The notes beneath the pieces were generated by a model that saw nothing but the letters and a program-made list of their open reading frames with translations, made no database searches and was not told the origin of the DNA. This document shows positions 28,431 to 37,966 of a DNA stretch of 64,000 nucleotides, in pieces; position 1 is the stretch's first letter, and each line of letters opens with the position of its first letter. The DNA is from Dehalococcoidales bacterium (lineage in GTDB: Bacteria > Chloroflexota > Dehalococcoidia > Dehalococcoidales > Fen-1064). The stretch covers positions 3,992-67,991 of the forward strand of contig DASWLM010000027.1 of NCBI GenBank assembly GCA_036396095.1, written 5' to 3'. The position numbers and the translations under genes are program-made.

Positions 28431-28963
28431 ATGATGGAATTAGATGCACTCTATCATGAGAGAATAGATTTCCGTCTGATGTATTTCGTGGCTATCTTTC
28501 TCGGTCTGATTTCTTTTGTGATGCTCGGTCTGCTTATCTACCACGTCGCTGTTGCACCAATCGCCAGCGAGTCAGGTTTGGGCTGGTTTTTCCTTGGCGA
28601 GTCTTTGCTAATGGCTGTGGTAACGGTCCTCGTCCTGCAGTTCCGTACCCTTGAAATTATCCTGACTTACCAGGGTATTATCATTAAATTCGGCAGAATT
28701 AAAAAACCATACCATGGACAGACATTGAAGCTTACCAGGCAACTACCACCGGAAGTACTCTAAATTCCGGCGGTTGGAGAATAAGGCTGGGACGTAATGG
28801 CTGGGTTATGATATATACTGTCATCGGAAAACCGAGAATAGGACTGAAGCTTAATACCGGCAGAATCAGAGAGCTATTATTTTCTACATCCAATCCCCAG
28901 GAAGTGATGAGAATCATCAGGAAACAGACCGGCAAAGATGAGGTCCCATCCCTTAAAACATAA
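28431..28963 (+). pseudogene. Frameshifted membrane protein with bacterial PH-like domain
   Basis: Reading frame shifts at A6 (28701-28706); the -1 frame continues 'TIPWTDIE..GGWRIR..FSTSNPQEV' to TAA 28961-28963. Confidence 0.7.
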
Positions 28964-29107
28964 CCTGGTCACCTGATTTCAGGTATGAGAATAAAAACTG
29001 CATTAACTCCGGAAAGTATATGGGCAGGTAAAAAGATAGTAGACATTCCTGCGGAGACCTGAAAACAGAGTTTAGAGTTTTGAATTTATTTCTGCTATAA
29101 TCGGGCA

Positions 29108-29956
29108 GTGGTTATCGATTTCCACACACATATTGTACCGCTGCGTATCAAGCAGAACCGCGGGAATTATGCTAAGGCCGACCGTGGTTTTGCATCCATT
29201 TTCTCCGACCCCAAAGCGAAACTCGCCACCGCCGACGACCTCATTGCCAGCATGGGCAAAGATGGCATCGATGTTTCGGTAGTGCTGAACTACGGCTGGA
29301 AGACACAATCCCTCTGCGTAGAAATCAACGACTATATCATGGAGTCGATAGCGCGTTTCCCTCGGCGTCTTATCGGGTTCTGTAATGTAAATCTGGGTGC
29401 AGGCGATACGGCATTAAAAGAACTGGAGCGCTGTTTCCGGGGTGGGGTAAAGGGGATTGGGGAAATCCGACCTGACACAATATCGGATAGTGAGAAGTTG
29501 ATTGCTACCATCCGCCCGCTTGCGGAATTTGCTGTAAAGAATAATCTCATTCTCCTGACACATGCCTCGGAGCCAGTCGGACACCAGTACTCTGGCAAGG
29601 GCAAATCTACCCCCGACCTAATTTATGCTCTAATTACCTCGTTTTCTGACTTGAAAATAGTCTGCGCACACTGGGGGGGCGGTCTACCGTTCTATGCTCT
29701 AATGCCCGAAGTCAAACAGGTGATGAAGAATGTCTATTTCGATACTGCCGCATCGCCTTTTCTGTACACAGCACAGGTCTACAATCAGGTGGCACAAATG
29801 GTTGGGGAGGATAAAATCCTCTTTGGGAGCGACTACCCGCTCATTCCGCAACGCCGTTTCCTGAAAGAAATCCGCGGGCTGGACTTACCGGAGAAAATTA
29901 AAGATAAGATACTTGCGGGTAATGCCATGAAGCTATTGGGTATTACAGGAAAATAA
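29108..29956 (+). CDS. Amidohydrolase family 2 protein
   Basis: IDFHTH, GIGE, AHWGGG, YFDTAA, FGSDYP. Confidence 0.9.
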   Translation: MVIDFHTHIVPLRIKQNRGNYAKADRGFASIFSDPKAKLATADDLIASMGKDGIDVSVVLNYGWKTQSLCVEINDYIMESIARFPRRLIGFCNVNLGAGDTALKELERCFRGGVKGIGEIRPDTISDSEKLIATIRPLAEFAVKNNLILLTHASEPVGHQYSGKGKSTPDLIYALITSFSDLKIVCAHWGGGLPFYALMPEVKQVMKNVYFDTAASPFLYTAQVYNQVAQMVGEDKILFGSDYPLIPQRRFLKEIRGLDLPEKIKDKILAGNAMKLLGITGK

Positions 29957-29965
29957 TAGATTAGC

Positions 29966-30553
29966 ATGACTGACGAACTGATTCGTTCTTTCATTGCTAT
30001 CGAGCTACCGCCTGTGGTGAAACAGGAACTCACTACATTAGAGGCTGTGCTGAAAAAACGATGTGCCCAGGTGGTGAGGTGGGTCGACCCGCCGGCAATT
30101 CATCTCACACTCAAGTTTCTCGGAGATGTGTCTTCAGACAGAATTGATGAAATTAATATGGCAATCGATGAGGCAACACAGGGATTAAGCCCCTTCCGGT
30201 TGGAGTTGCAGGAAGTGGGCGCTTTCCCAAACCTGAACCGTGTGCAGGTGGTGTGGGTGGGAATGAAAGGTGAATTGGACAAACTGGCGTACCTCCAGAA
30301 GCAAATCGAAGCGAATACGGAGCAGCTCGGCTTCCCGCGCGAGGAGCGAGCCTTTACCCCGCACCTGACACTGGGACGGGTGCGTAACTACACCTCTCCT
30401 GACGACCGTAAGAAATTAGGACTGATACTGTCACAAACCGCTTTTGCATCCTCACAGATTATTACAGTCGAATCCGTCAATCTGATGAAAAGCCAGTTGA
30501 CTGGTACAGGTGCGATTTACACCCGATTGTACGCTTCGCTTTTGAAGTGGTAA
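29966..30553 (+). CDS. thpR: RNA 2',3'-cyclic phosphodiesterase
   Basis: Two HxT motifs (HLTLKFLG, PHLTLGR). Confidence 0.93.
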   Translation: MTDELIRSFIAIELPPVVKQELTTLEAVLKKRCAQVVRWVDPPAIHLTLKFLGDVSSDRIDEINMAIDEATQGLSPFRLELQEVGAFPNLNRVQVVWVGMKGELDKLAYLQKQIEANTEQLGFPREERAFTPHLTLGRVRNYTSPDDRKKLGLILSQTAFASSQIITVESVNLMKSQLTGTGAIYTRLYASLLKW

Positions 30554-30589
30554 GCGGGGAAGCATCATCTTAAGCTGATGTTTTAGGGC

Positions 30590-31492
30590 TTAAGGTGTCT
30601 GAATGTGAAAGTCTAACCCACACTGCTCGGCATATTCTTTGATATCGTTAAGGGTCTCTGTGGGTGGTAATTGCATATTAATATTCGTTTCAGTTGTTTG
30701 CCCTATATGCAACTCATCACACCAGAAGATTGACTCACCCTGGGGGAGTTTACTTAGGGCAGTTTTAATTGCATCTATACCCACCACATGGACATTTACC
30801 CACCCGGTTTCGGAGACAAAATCTTCTTCCGATATTATTTCTTCAAGTGTTTTAGTTCTGTTGGTGCCTGTAATCAAAGTGAAGTGCCATTGACTATCTT
30901 CTAACCAAGAATAAAGCTCGTATCCTTTCATAGAGTGTGGAAGCTTGTCTACCGCCGATATTGACAGCTTGTTGACCAACTTGTCAGCCTGTTTCAGCGA
31001 TTCCATAACTTCTGCATTATTCCTGGGGTCTTCACCACCGTAAAAAGAAGCGGAGGGATAACCTAGCTCTAGTGCAATGACTTTTGATTCCTGAGAGTTA
31101 AACGGCTTCCATATGGTAACCCCGTCAAATGAAATGGAAGAAATCGGAGTCCAGAAAGCCCCGCAGTAGATAGGTTTCTTATCAACGCAAACCATAAACG
31201 ACTTGCCTTCAACTGGCACTTCTAAACTAGAGATGCGGTCGAAGGCACTTGCAGTGAGTTTAATCTCGTGTGTTTGAGCATTATATGTGATGATATCCCC
31301 AATCGATATGATAGGCTGTTCCGCGATAGCGACGTGGCTTAAAGCCTCCATCTGGCCAGGAGGAATATCTTCTTTGGTCAAGTAAATAGCAAATCCTTCA
31401 TGGTCTGCGGCAGAACAACCGTTGGATATGAGAAGGATGCAGACTAAAACAACGGCGAGTTTGGCGGGAATGTATCTAAGTATCCTTTTCAT
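30590..31492 (-). CDS. Hypothetical lipoprotein
   Basis: Signal peptide with lipobox-like SNGC; 300-aa ORF. Confidence 0.6.
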   Translation of the reverse strand: MKRILRYIPAKLAVVLVCILLISNGCSAADHEGFAIYLTKEDIPPGQMEALSHVAIAEQPIISIGDIITYNAQTHEIKLTASAFDRISSLEVPVEGKSFMVCVDKKPIYCGAFWTPISSISFDGVTIWKPFNSQESKVIALELGYPSASFYGGEDPRNNAEVMESLKQADKLVNKLSISAVDKLPHSMKGYELYSWLEDSQWHFTLITGTNRTKTLEEIISEEDFVSETGWVNVHVVGIDAIKTALSKLPQGESIFWCDELHIGQTTETNINMQLPPTETLNDIKEYAEQCGLDFHIQTP

Positions 31493-31692
31493 AAAATCTT
31501 CCTACGTTTGTAATTCGCTCTGATTATAAAACGCAACAGGAAGCCTTACGTTATTATGGCATACGGTGAAGGAACTAACCACAATCAAACTTGAATGGTT
31601 CGAATCCCCTTAGCTAGCCCGCATTGGAAGCATTCCGAACTGGTTTTTGAGAAGAAAGAGCTAGTTCTGGCACTGCAATAGTTACTGACTTG

Positions 31693-32319
31693 CTACCCTT
31701 GACCGCTGCCTATATCATGAGACTTGGGGAAGCACGCTGCCATCATTCCCATTAACACTATCAGGTAGCAGTAAGACTGGAAGCAGATAAAATCGCAGAG
31801 TTCAGGGTCATTGATGACTTTCCCGACGGAATACCCCAAACCATTATCACTTAGGTGAACTAGATTCCAATTTGCTGCAACTGGGTCTCCATGTGTTAGG
31901 GAATTAAACAGTTTAATAAACTCTTTATCATACTTGTCACTCATAGTTTCGAGTCTCTTCTCTATCTTTGGTCTACCCTTATGTTCCCAACCAGCTTTCC
32001 ATAGTCCTACCTGATCGGGATAAGAATGGAGATACGAAATGGTCGCCGTTCGCTCAATCAGTGGACGCATGAGTACCAAAGCCCCGAAAAGGTAACCTTG
32101 ACGAATTAGTTCTCGAATCGTTAGAGCTAGGTTTATTCCTTGGGGGATAATCTGGCAAGCTGCTTTCTGCAGGTCAGATAATTGTGTATGATGAGTATAT
32201 GTGGCAACTTCAGCATTTTGTTCTAGACACGACATAATTACTTTGTCGAAGTTATATACGGAAGCTCGTCCAAGATATGGCTCGTTGTCTGGCAAATATA
32301 CAGGCTTTGGCTCAATCAT
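31693..32319 (-). CDS. Hypothetical protein (DUF5677-like)
   Basis: 'LMRPLIER', 'LTHG'; AT-rich. Confidence 0.55.
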   Translation of the reverse strand: MIEPKPVYLPDNEPYLGRASVYNFDKVIMSCLEQNAEVATYTHHTQLSDLQKAACQIIPQGINLALTIRELIRQGYLFGALVLMRPLIERTATISYLHSYPDQVGLWKAGWEHKGRPKIEKRLETMSDKYDKEFIKLFNSLTHGDPVAANWNLVHLSDNGLGYSVGKVINDPELCDFICFQSYCYLIVLMGMMAACFPKSHDIGSGQG

Positions 32320-32463
32320 TTAATTTATCGATCTATTTGGATATTTACTAGGTAATCATACTACTATTAAGGTAATTTTACGACCTTTAGGGTGAGCTTT
32401 TCTGGAAGTGTGAAATTCTTGTATGATAACTAACAAAGTTGTGACTATATTTTTGTAAGCAGT

Positions 32464-32489
32464 TGGCATCCCACATTGGAATTGAACCC
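32464..32489 (-). other. Orphan tRNA 3'-end fragment (Glu-like)
   Basis: Minus strand GGGTTCAATTCCAATGTGGGATGCCA. Confidence 0.5.
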
Positions 32490-32603
32490 ACAGAGTAATC
32501 GTATTGAACGTAAACGTCCCTAAAACTAGGTATTCTTCACCTTGTGCTACGCCTTGATTTCTTGTTATACTGAATAAGATTTATATGCAATTATGGTTGG
32601 GAG

Positions 32604-32822
32604 GTGGTCCCCGTGGAACAAAACAGTTTCCCCAAATGTCAGAAATGCAAAATCGGCGACCTCGTGCCGTTATCTGATTTTGGGAGCCAGGGAGCAACCA
32701 TTCATTACAAAGCATGGGTCTGTACCAATCCTCAATGTGGCTTCAATCTAAAAATTCGCAATGGCGATGTCTATGTGGATGAGCCTATCATGAGCGGCGC
32801 TAACCACTCGCGCTCACGGTAA
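32604..32822 (+). CDS. Small zinc-ribbon protein
   Basis: CQKC..LVPLSDFG..WVCTNPQC. Confidence 0.75.
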   Translation: MVPVEQNSFPKCQKCKIGDLVPLSDFGSQGATIHYKAWVCTNPQCGFNLKIRNGDVYVDEPIMSGANHSRSR

Positions 32823-32860
32823 GCGAGACAAGTTCCGGCTGAACCTCAACTAATTGGTGG

Positions 32861-33571
32861 ATGGTAGGTGTGCTTGCTCAATTGACAAAGCTCAGGGGAG
32901 CGGCACTAAATCTGTTACTTCCGCAATTCTGTGTCGGCTGTGGCAAAGAGGGCGCTTTTCTCTGTGATTCCTGTTTACAATCATTGCCACGTCTGGAGCC
33001 GCCTGTCTGCCCGAGGTGTGGCCGTCCGCAATCTAATGGAGAGCTTTGCCGGAATTGTCAGGACTGGCAGGCAGATATCGATGGTATCCGTGCTCCCTTC
33101 TGTTTTGATGGTGCTATCCGTTCTGCGGTCCACCAGTTGAAATACCGTAATCTGAGGGCAATCGCGCCGGCACTGGCGCAACTCATGAGTGAATACCTGG
33201 CGAGTAATCATCTGGATGGTGACGTTTTGATTCCGGTTCCCTTGCACGACAAGCGACTCCGCGAACGGGGTTATAATCAATCGGCTTTACTGGCAAAAGA
33301 ACTGGGAACACTGATGAATTTACCGGTGGACGAAACGAGCCTGGTTCGTGATAAATTTGTTCTCCCTCAGGCAAGAACGACGAGTGTAGAGGAACGGCGG
33401 GCTAATGTGATTGGTGTGTTCGCCTGTCGGGGAGATGGAGTCCGGGGGAAGAAGGTATTGCTAATTGATGATGTGGCAACATCCGGGTCGACCATGAATG
33501 CTTGTGCCTCGGTTTTAAAGTCGGCTGGTGCGATAGCCGTGTGGGGACTGGCGCTGGCACGAGAGATTTAA
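32861..33571 (+). CDS. comF: ComF family amidophosphoribosyltransferase-like protein
   Basis: Double zinc ribbon, RGYNQS, LLIDDVATSGST. Confidence 0.92.
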   Translation: MVGVLAQLTKLRGAALNLLLPQFCVGCGKEGAFLCDSCLQSLPRLEPPVCPRCGRPQSNGELCRNCQDWQADIDGIRAPFCFDGAIRSAVHQLKYRNLRAIAPALAQLMSEYLASNHLDGDVLIPVPLHDKRLRERGYNQSALLAKELGTLMNLPVDETSLVRDKFVLPQARTTSVEERRANVIGVFACRGDGVRGKKVLLIDDVATSGSTMNACASVLKSAGAIAVWGLALAREI

Positions 33572-33591
33572 CATTTAAGAGGAGTGTGGGA

Positions 33592-34137
33592 ATGGACTTA
33601 CAATTGACCGGTCACAATGTCGAAATACTGCCGACGGTTCGGAGCTATGTGGAGAAGAAGCTCGAAAGGCTAGGTCGTCATCTGCCCAGTCTGAACGGAG
33701 TTAAAGTGGAACTGACCGAGCAGAAGACGAAATCACAGGCGCAACGTTACCGCACACAGGTTACACTCGAAGTTAACGGCACTCTCCTGCGGGCGGAAGA
33801 GCAGGCGGAGAATTTGTTGGTGGCGATTGACAGGGTCGTACCGGCTCTTGACCGGCAGATTGAGCGGTATAAGGGAAAACTCTCAAATAAGAACAAGGCA
33901 GGTCTGGCGGCAAGGGCACAAGCCCAGGAAGAAGTTGCCGAAGAGAAAGCGACGCCGAGACTGGTCAGAACAAAACGCTTCTCCATAAAATTGATGAGTA
34001 TCGACGAGGCAATCGACCAGATGGAATTGCTCGGGCATGATTTCTTTCTCTTCCATAACGCTACCACGAGGGAACTCAATCTTGTTTATAAAAGGCAGGA
34101 TGGCAATTACAGCATTATTGAGCCGGTAATGGAGTAA
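33592..34137 (+). CDS. hpf: Ribosome hibernation factor (long HPF/RaiA)
   Basis: N-terminal S30AE-like domain plus 'EAIDQMELLGHDFFLF..VYKR..G'. Confidence 0.93.
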   Translation: MDLQLTGHNVEILPTVRSYVEKKLERLGRHLPSLNGVKVELTEQKTKSQAQRYRTQVTLEVNGTLLRAEEQAENLLVAIDRVVPALDRQIERYKGKLSNKNKAGLAARAQAQEEVAEEKATPRLVRTKRFSIKLMSIDEAIDQMELLGHDFFLFHNATTRELNLVYKRQDGNYSIIEPVME

Positions 34138-34142
34138 CCAAT

Positions 34143-34745
34143 ATGACGCGGGTGATCGGTCTTACCGGGGGGATGGGTAGCGGCAAGAGCACTGTCTCTC
34201 AGCTATTGGCGGAGTTCGGCACGGTTATTATCGACGCCGATACCGTAGGGCACGAAGCCTATCAACCCAATACGAAAACATGGCAAGAACTGATTGCCGC
34301 CTTCGGTCAGCAGATTCTTGCACCGGATAGGTCTATCGACCGTAAGAAGCTCGGGGCGATTGTTTTCGGTAATCCGGAACAGCTTGAACGACTGAATCAT
34401 ATTGTCCATCCCCGCATGTTTGAAATGATGAAGGAGCGTATCGAGCAATACCGTCGTCAGGGTGTGAAAGTGGTGGTGCTGGATGCCGCCATTCTTTTTG
34501 AAGCCAACTGGACGCCGCTGGTGAATGAGATATGGGTGGTGGTTGCTTCCGAGCCGGTGGTGGTTGCCCGTGCCAGAGCCCGGACTGGCCTCCCTGAAGA
34601 GCAGATTCGTTCTCGTCTCAGTTCCCAGATGCCAGTTGAAGAGAAGGTTAAGAAGGCAAACGTGATAATCCATAACGATGGCACATTCGAAGACCTGCGC
34701 GCAAAGGTCAGGGAACTGTGGGCGGCATTAAAGGATTCATCCTGA
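34143..34745 (+). CDS. coaE: Dephospho-CoA kinase
   Basis: IGLTGGMGSGKS, IDAD, IVHP. Confidence 0.95.
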   Translation: MTRVIGLTGGMGSGKSTVSQLLAEFGTVIIDADTVGHEAYQPNTKTWQELIAAFGQQILAPDRSIDRKKLGAIVFGNPEQLERLNHIVHPRMFEMMKERIEQYRRQGVKVVVLDAAILFEANWTPLVNEIWVVVASEPVVVARARARTGLPEEQIRSRLSSQMPVEEKVKKANVIIHNDGTFEDLRAKVRELWAALKDSS

Positions 34746-34805
34746 GGATTCATTCTGAAGGAATAATCAGCCGTCGGATGCTATACTTAAATAAAGAGTA
34801 AGCTG

Positions 34806-36083
34806 ATGTCGAATGTATTTGATGAATTTGAATCACGGGGCATGATCTATGCCGTCACAGAAGACGTGCGTCAATATCTTGCTGGTGAAAAAGTCACCGG
34901 TTATATTGGTTTTGACCCATCGGCACCCAGCCTTCACGTAGGGAATCTATTAACCCTAATGGGCTTGGTCCATCTGCAACGTTACGGGCATACCCCGATT
35001 GCCGTGGCTGGTGGTGGCACGGGTCTTATCGGCGACCCGGGTGGCAAGAGCCAGGAAAGGCCTCTTTTGTCCAAGGAGGAAGTCCAGACTAATGTCGAAG
35101 GCATCAAAGAGCAGTTGCGCCATTTCCTGGATTTCGAAACCAAGACCAACCCCGCAATTCTGGTAAACAATGCGGACTGGTTGACCACTATCAGTCTGAC
35201 TGATTTTCTCCGGGATGTGGGTAAACACTTCACGGTAAATGCGATGATAGCTAAAGAATCGGTCAAGCGTCGACTGGAACAAGAAGGCATCTCTTTTACC
35301 GAGTTCAGCTATATATTACTGCAATCATTCGACTACCTGTTCCTTTACGAAAAATATCACTGCACTTTGCAGATGGGTGGGAGTGACCAGTGGGGGAATA
35401 TTACCGCCGGCGTGGACCTGATTCGTCGGGTACATGGCGCAAAGGTGCATGGACTGGTTTTCCCGTTACTAACGACTGCCAGTGGCACGAAGTTTGGTAA
35501 GTCCGAAGGTAATGCTGTGTGGCTCGATGCCGGACTTACTTCTCCCTACCGCTTCTACCAGTACTGGATTAACACAGAGGACAAAGATGTGATAACCTGC
35601 CTGAAACGTTTCACGTTGTTGTCCGTGCCGGAAATCAAAAACCTGGCAGACTCCGTCGCCACCGAACCTGAAAAACGTAATGCCCAACGGACGCTGGCGC
35701 GTGATGTGACCCGAGCCGTTCACGGAAAAACCGCTCTTGAAAAGGCGGAACAGGCTTCCCGTGTGCTCTTCGGTGAAGAGGTGCGTAATCTGAATTTGCA
35801 TGAGGTGCTTGATATATTTGCTGATATCCCCTCCGTTGAACTAGAGAAATCCCTGTTCACTGGTAATGGGATGGCATTAGTCGACCTGGTTGCATTTGCC
35901 GGATTGGCTCAGTCTAAGAGTGAAGCCAGACGACTGATTCAAAGCGGCGGTGTATATCTGAATAATATTCGAAATGCAGATTCTAAAAACACAGTATCTC
36001 TTGCCAATGCCATCGAGGGGCGTGCTATCATACTACGCAAGGGACCAAAAGAATACAGGCTGGTCAAGATTTCTGGAAGCTAG
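34806..36083 (+). CDS. tyrS: Tyrosine--tRNA ligase
   Basis: GFDPSAPSLHVGN, GGSDQWGN, KFGKS, S4 domain. Confidence 0.97.
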   Translation: MSNVFDEFESRGMIYAVTEDVRQYLAGEKVTGYIGFDPSAPSLHVGNLLTLMGLVHLQRYGHTPIAVAGGGTGLIGDPGGKSQERPLLSKEEVQTNVEGIKEQLRHFLDFETKTNPAILVNNADWLTTISLTDFLRDVGKHFTVNAMIAKESVKRRLEQEGISFTEFSYILLQSFDYLFLYEKYHCTLQMGGSDQWGNITAGVDLIRRVHGAKVHGLVFPLLTTASGTKFGKSEGNAVWLDAGLTSPYRFYQYWINTEDKDVITCLKRFTLLSVPEIKNLADSVATEPEKRNAQRTLARDVTRAVHGKTALEKAEQASRVLFGEEVRNLNLHEVLDIFADIPSVELEKSLFTGNGMALVDLVAFAGLAQSKSEARRLIQSGGVYLNNIRNADSKNTVSLANAIEGRAIILRKGPKEYRLVKISGS

Positions 36084-36159
36084 TTTAATGTGACCTCGCC
36101 TGAACTTGACGCTCCTTCGAGATAATTGATATAATAATTTGTTTGTGGAGGATACGAAA

Positions 36160-36513
36160 ATTTACGCAATCGTTGAAATCGCAGGAAAACAATACCGGGT
36201 TAGTCCCGGTGAAACGATAGACGTTGATTGCCTCGATAAGATTGAGGGCGAAACTCTAGAGTTCGATAGAGTACTCTTAATTGGCGGCGATGGTGCTACC
36301 AAGGTCGGCAAGCCGGTGGTCAAGGGCGCTAAGATTATCGCGACCTCACAAGGCACTATCCGTGGTGATAAAGTCATCGTCTTCAGGTTCAAGGCGAAAG
36401 TCAGGTCTCGCAAGAAGACCGGTCATCATCAACTGTATACCCGGCTCACCATCGACAAAATAGAAGCTCCGAAAGGTGGGCGTGTGAAGGAGGGGGCGGC
36501 AAGTGGCACATAA
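36160..36513 (+). CDS. rplU: 50S ribosomal protein L21 (probable ATT start; alternative TTG 36139)
   Basis: [22 protein letters not shown] 8 nt before ATT. Confidence 0.9.
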   Translation: MYAIVEIAGKQYRVSPGETIDVDCLDKIEGETLEFDRVLLIGGDGATKVGKPVVKGAKIIATSQGTIRGDKVIVFRFKAKVRSRKKTGHHQLYTRLTIDKIEAPKGGRVKEGAASGT

Positions 36514-36757
36514 AAAGGGCGCCGGAAAAAGCAAGAACGGGCGCGATAGTCAAGCACAGCGCCTCGGTGTGAAGCGGTATGCCGGGCAGGAAGTGAAAGC
36601 GGGTACCATTCTGGTACGACAGCGGGGCACGCGCATACATCCGGGTAATAATGTAGGCGTTGGCAAAGACTACACGCTCTTTGCTCTGGTTAACGGCGTT
36701 GTAAAATACGAACCATACAGTGACAATCGGAGGAAGGTCAGCGTTTACGCTGAATAG
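36503..36757 (+). CDS. rpmA: 50S ribosomal protein L27
   Basis: MAHKKGAG..NGRDS..RLGVK. Confidence 0.97.
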   Translation: MAHKKGAGKSKNGRDSQAQRLGVKRYAGQEVKAGTILVRQRGTRIHPGNNVGVGKDYTLFALVNGVVKYEPYSDNRRKVSVYAE

Positions 36758-36761
36758 CAAT

Positions 36762-36980
36762 ATGAAAGAAAAGATACATCCCCAGTATTTTCCCCAGGCA
36801 AAAGTAGTCTGCTCTTGCGGTAATACCTTCACCACCGGTTCTACCAAGAAAGAACTCCACGTTGAGTTGTGCAGTAAGTGCCATCCTTTTTATACAGGGG
36901 CATACCGTATGGTGGATACCGCCGGGCGTGTTGAGCGTTTCAAGAGACGCTACCAGAAGCAGACGGAAAAGCAGAACTAA
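36762..36980 (+). CDS. rpmE: 50S ribosomal protein L31 (Zn-binding type)
   Basis: [26 protein letters not shown]. Confidence 0.97.
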   Translation: MKEKIHPQYFPQAKVVCSCGNTFTTGSTKKELHVELCSKCHPFYTGAYRMVDTAGRVERFKRRYQKQTEKQN

Positions 36981-37002
36981 GTGAGAGAAGTGTAGGCAAA
37001 GA

Positions 37003-37037
37003 GGGAGCGGTTTATGAACGCCGCTCCTTTTCCTTTT
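37003..37037 (+). terminator. Intrinsic terminator after rpmE
   Basis: GGAGCGG/CCGCTCC stem plus T run. Confidence 0.7.
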
Positions 37038-37053
37038 GTAATTGGGTAAGAAT

Positions 37054-37959
37054 ATGACGGAACAAAAGCAATTTCATTATGGTGGGCAGGCGGTTATAGA
37101 AGGAGTGATGATACGCGGTCGTAAGTATCTGGTGACTGCATTACGCAAACCGGACGGCGCTGTGAGTGTAGATAAGCAACCCCTCCCCAGTCTATATACC
37201 GGTAAATTGCGGGCGATGCCTTTGTTCCGGGGCATCATTGTCATTATTGAGTCGTTAGTACTTGGCATGAAAACTCTCCTCTATTCGGCGAATGAGGCGC
37301 TGGAAGAAGAGGGCGAGAAGGTAAGTGGGTGGTGGATGTGGTTGATGCTGTTTGTTTCGCTTGCTTTTGCGGTGGCGTTATTTTTCCTGGCACCTTTGTT
37401 CCTAACAAATTTACTTAAAATTCAACAGCCTTTCTTGTTTAATCTGGTTGATGGGCTCATCCGACTTGCCATCTTCATTCTCTATCTATGGCTGGTCTCA
37501 CTGATGCCGGACATCAAACGGGTTTTTGCCTATCATGGCGCCGAACACAAGACGGTGAACGGTTATGAAGCCGGGTCGCCGCTAGAACCCGAATCGCTGA
37601 AAAAGTTCAGTAAGGCGCATATACGATGTGGGGGAAGTTTTTTATTTGCGGTATTAATTATTGCGATAGTTGTTTTCTCATTAGTGGGGAAGCCGGCTCT
37701 CTGGATATTGGTATTGAGTCGGGTGCTTCTGTTACCGGTGATATCAGCATTAGGCTACGAGGTCATTTATTTCGGAGCGCGTCATGCTGACAACATCTTC
37801 GTAAAAATTATACTGGCGCCGGGAATGTGGGTACAGTCCATCACCACCCGTCAGCCTGATAATGGTCAGCTTGAGGTCGCGATTGCGGCGATGAAGGCAG
37901 CAGTAGAAGCGGATAACCCACCGGCTGAAGCCTCACCCGTAAAAATAGAGTCTACTTAG
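37054..37959 (+). CDS. DUF1385 membrane protein
   Basis: GGQAVIEGVM, YHGAEHK, HIRCG; typical position after rpmE. Confidence 0.9.
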   Translation: MTEQKQFHYGGQAVIEGVMIRGRKYLVTALRKPDGAVSVDKQPLPSLYTGKLRAMPLFRGIIVIIESLVLGMKTLLYSANEALEEEGEKVSGWWMWLMLFVSLAFAVALFFLAPLFLTNLLKIQQPFLFNLVDGLIRLAIFILYLWLVSLMPDIKRVFAYHGAEHKTVNGYEAGSPLEPESLKKFSKAHIRCGGSFLFAVLIIAIVVFSLVGKPALWILVLSRVLLLPVISALGYEVIYFGARHADNIFVKIILAPGMWVQSITTRQPDNGQLEVAIAAMKAAVEADNPPAEASPVKIEST

Positions 37960-37966
37960 TCAATTA

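Noticed and set aside
33571..33592. raiA-motif RNA between comF and hpf
   Set aside because: The spacer is only about 20 nt.
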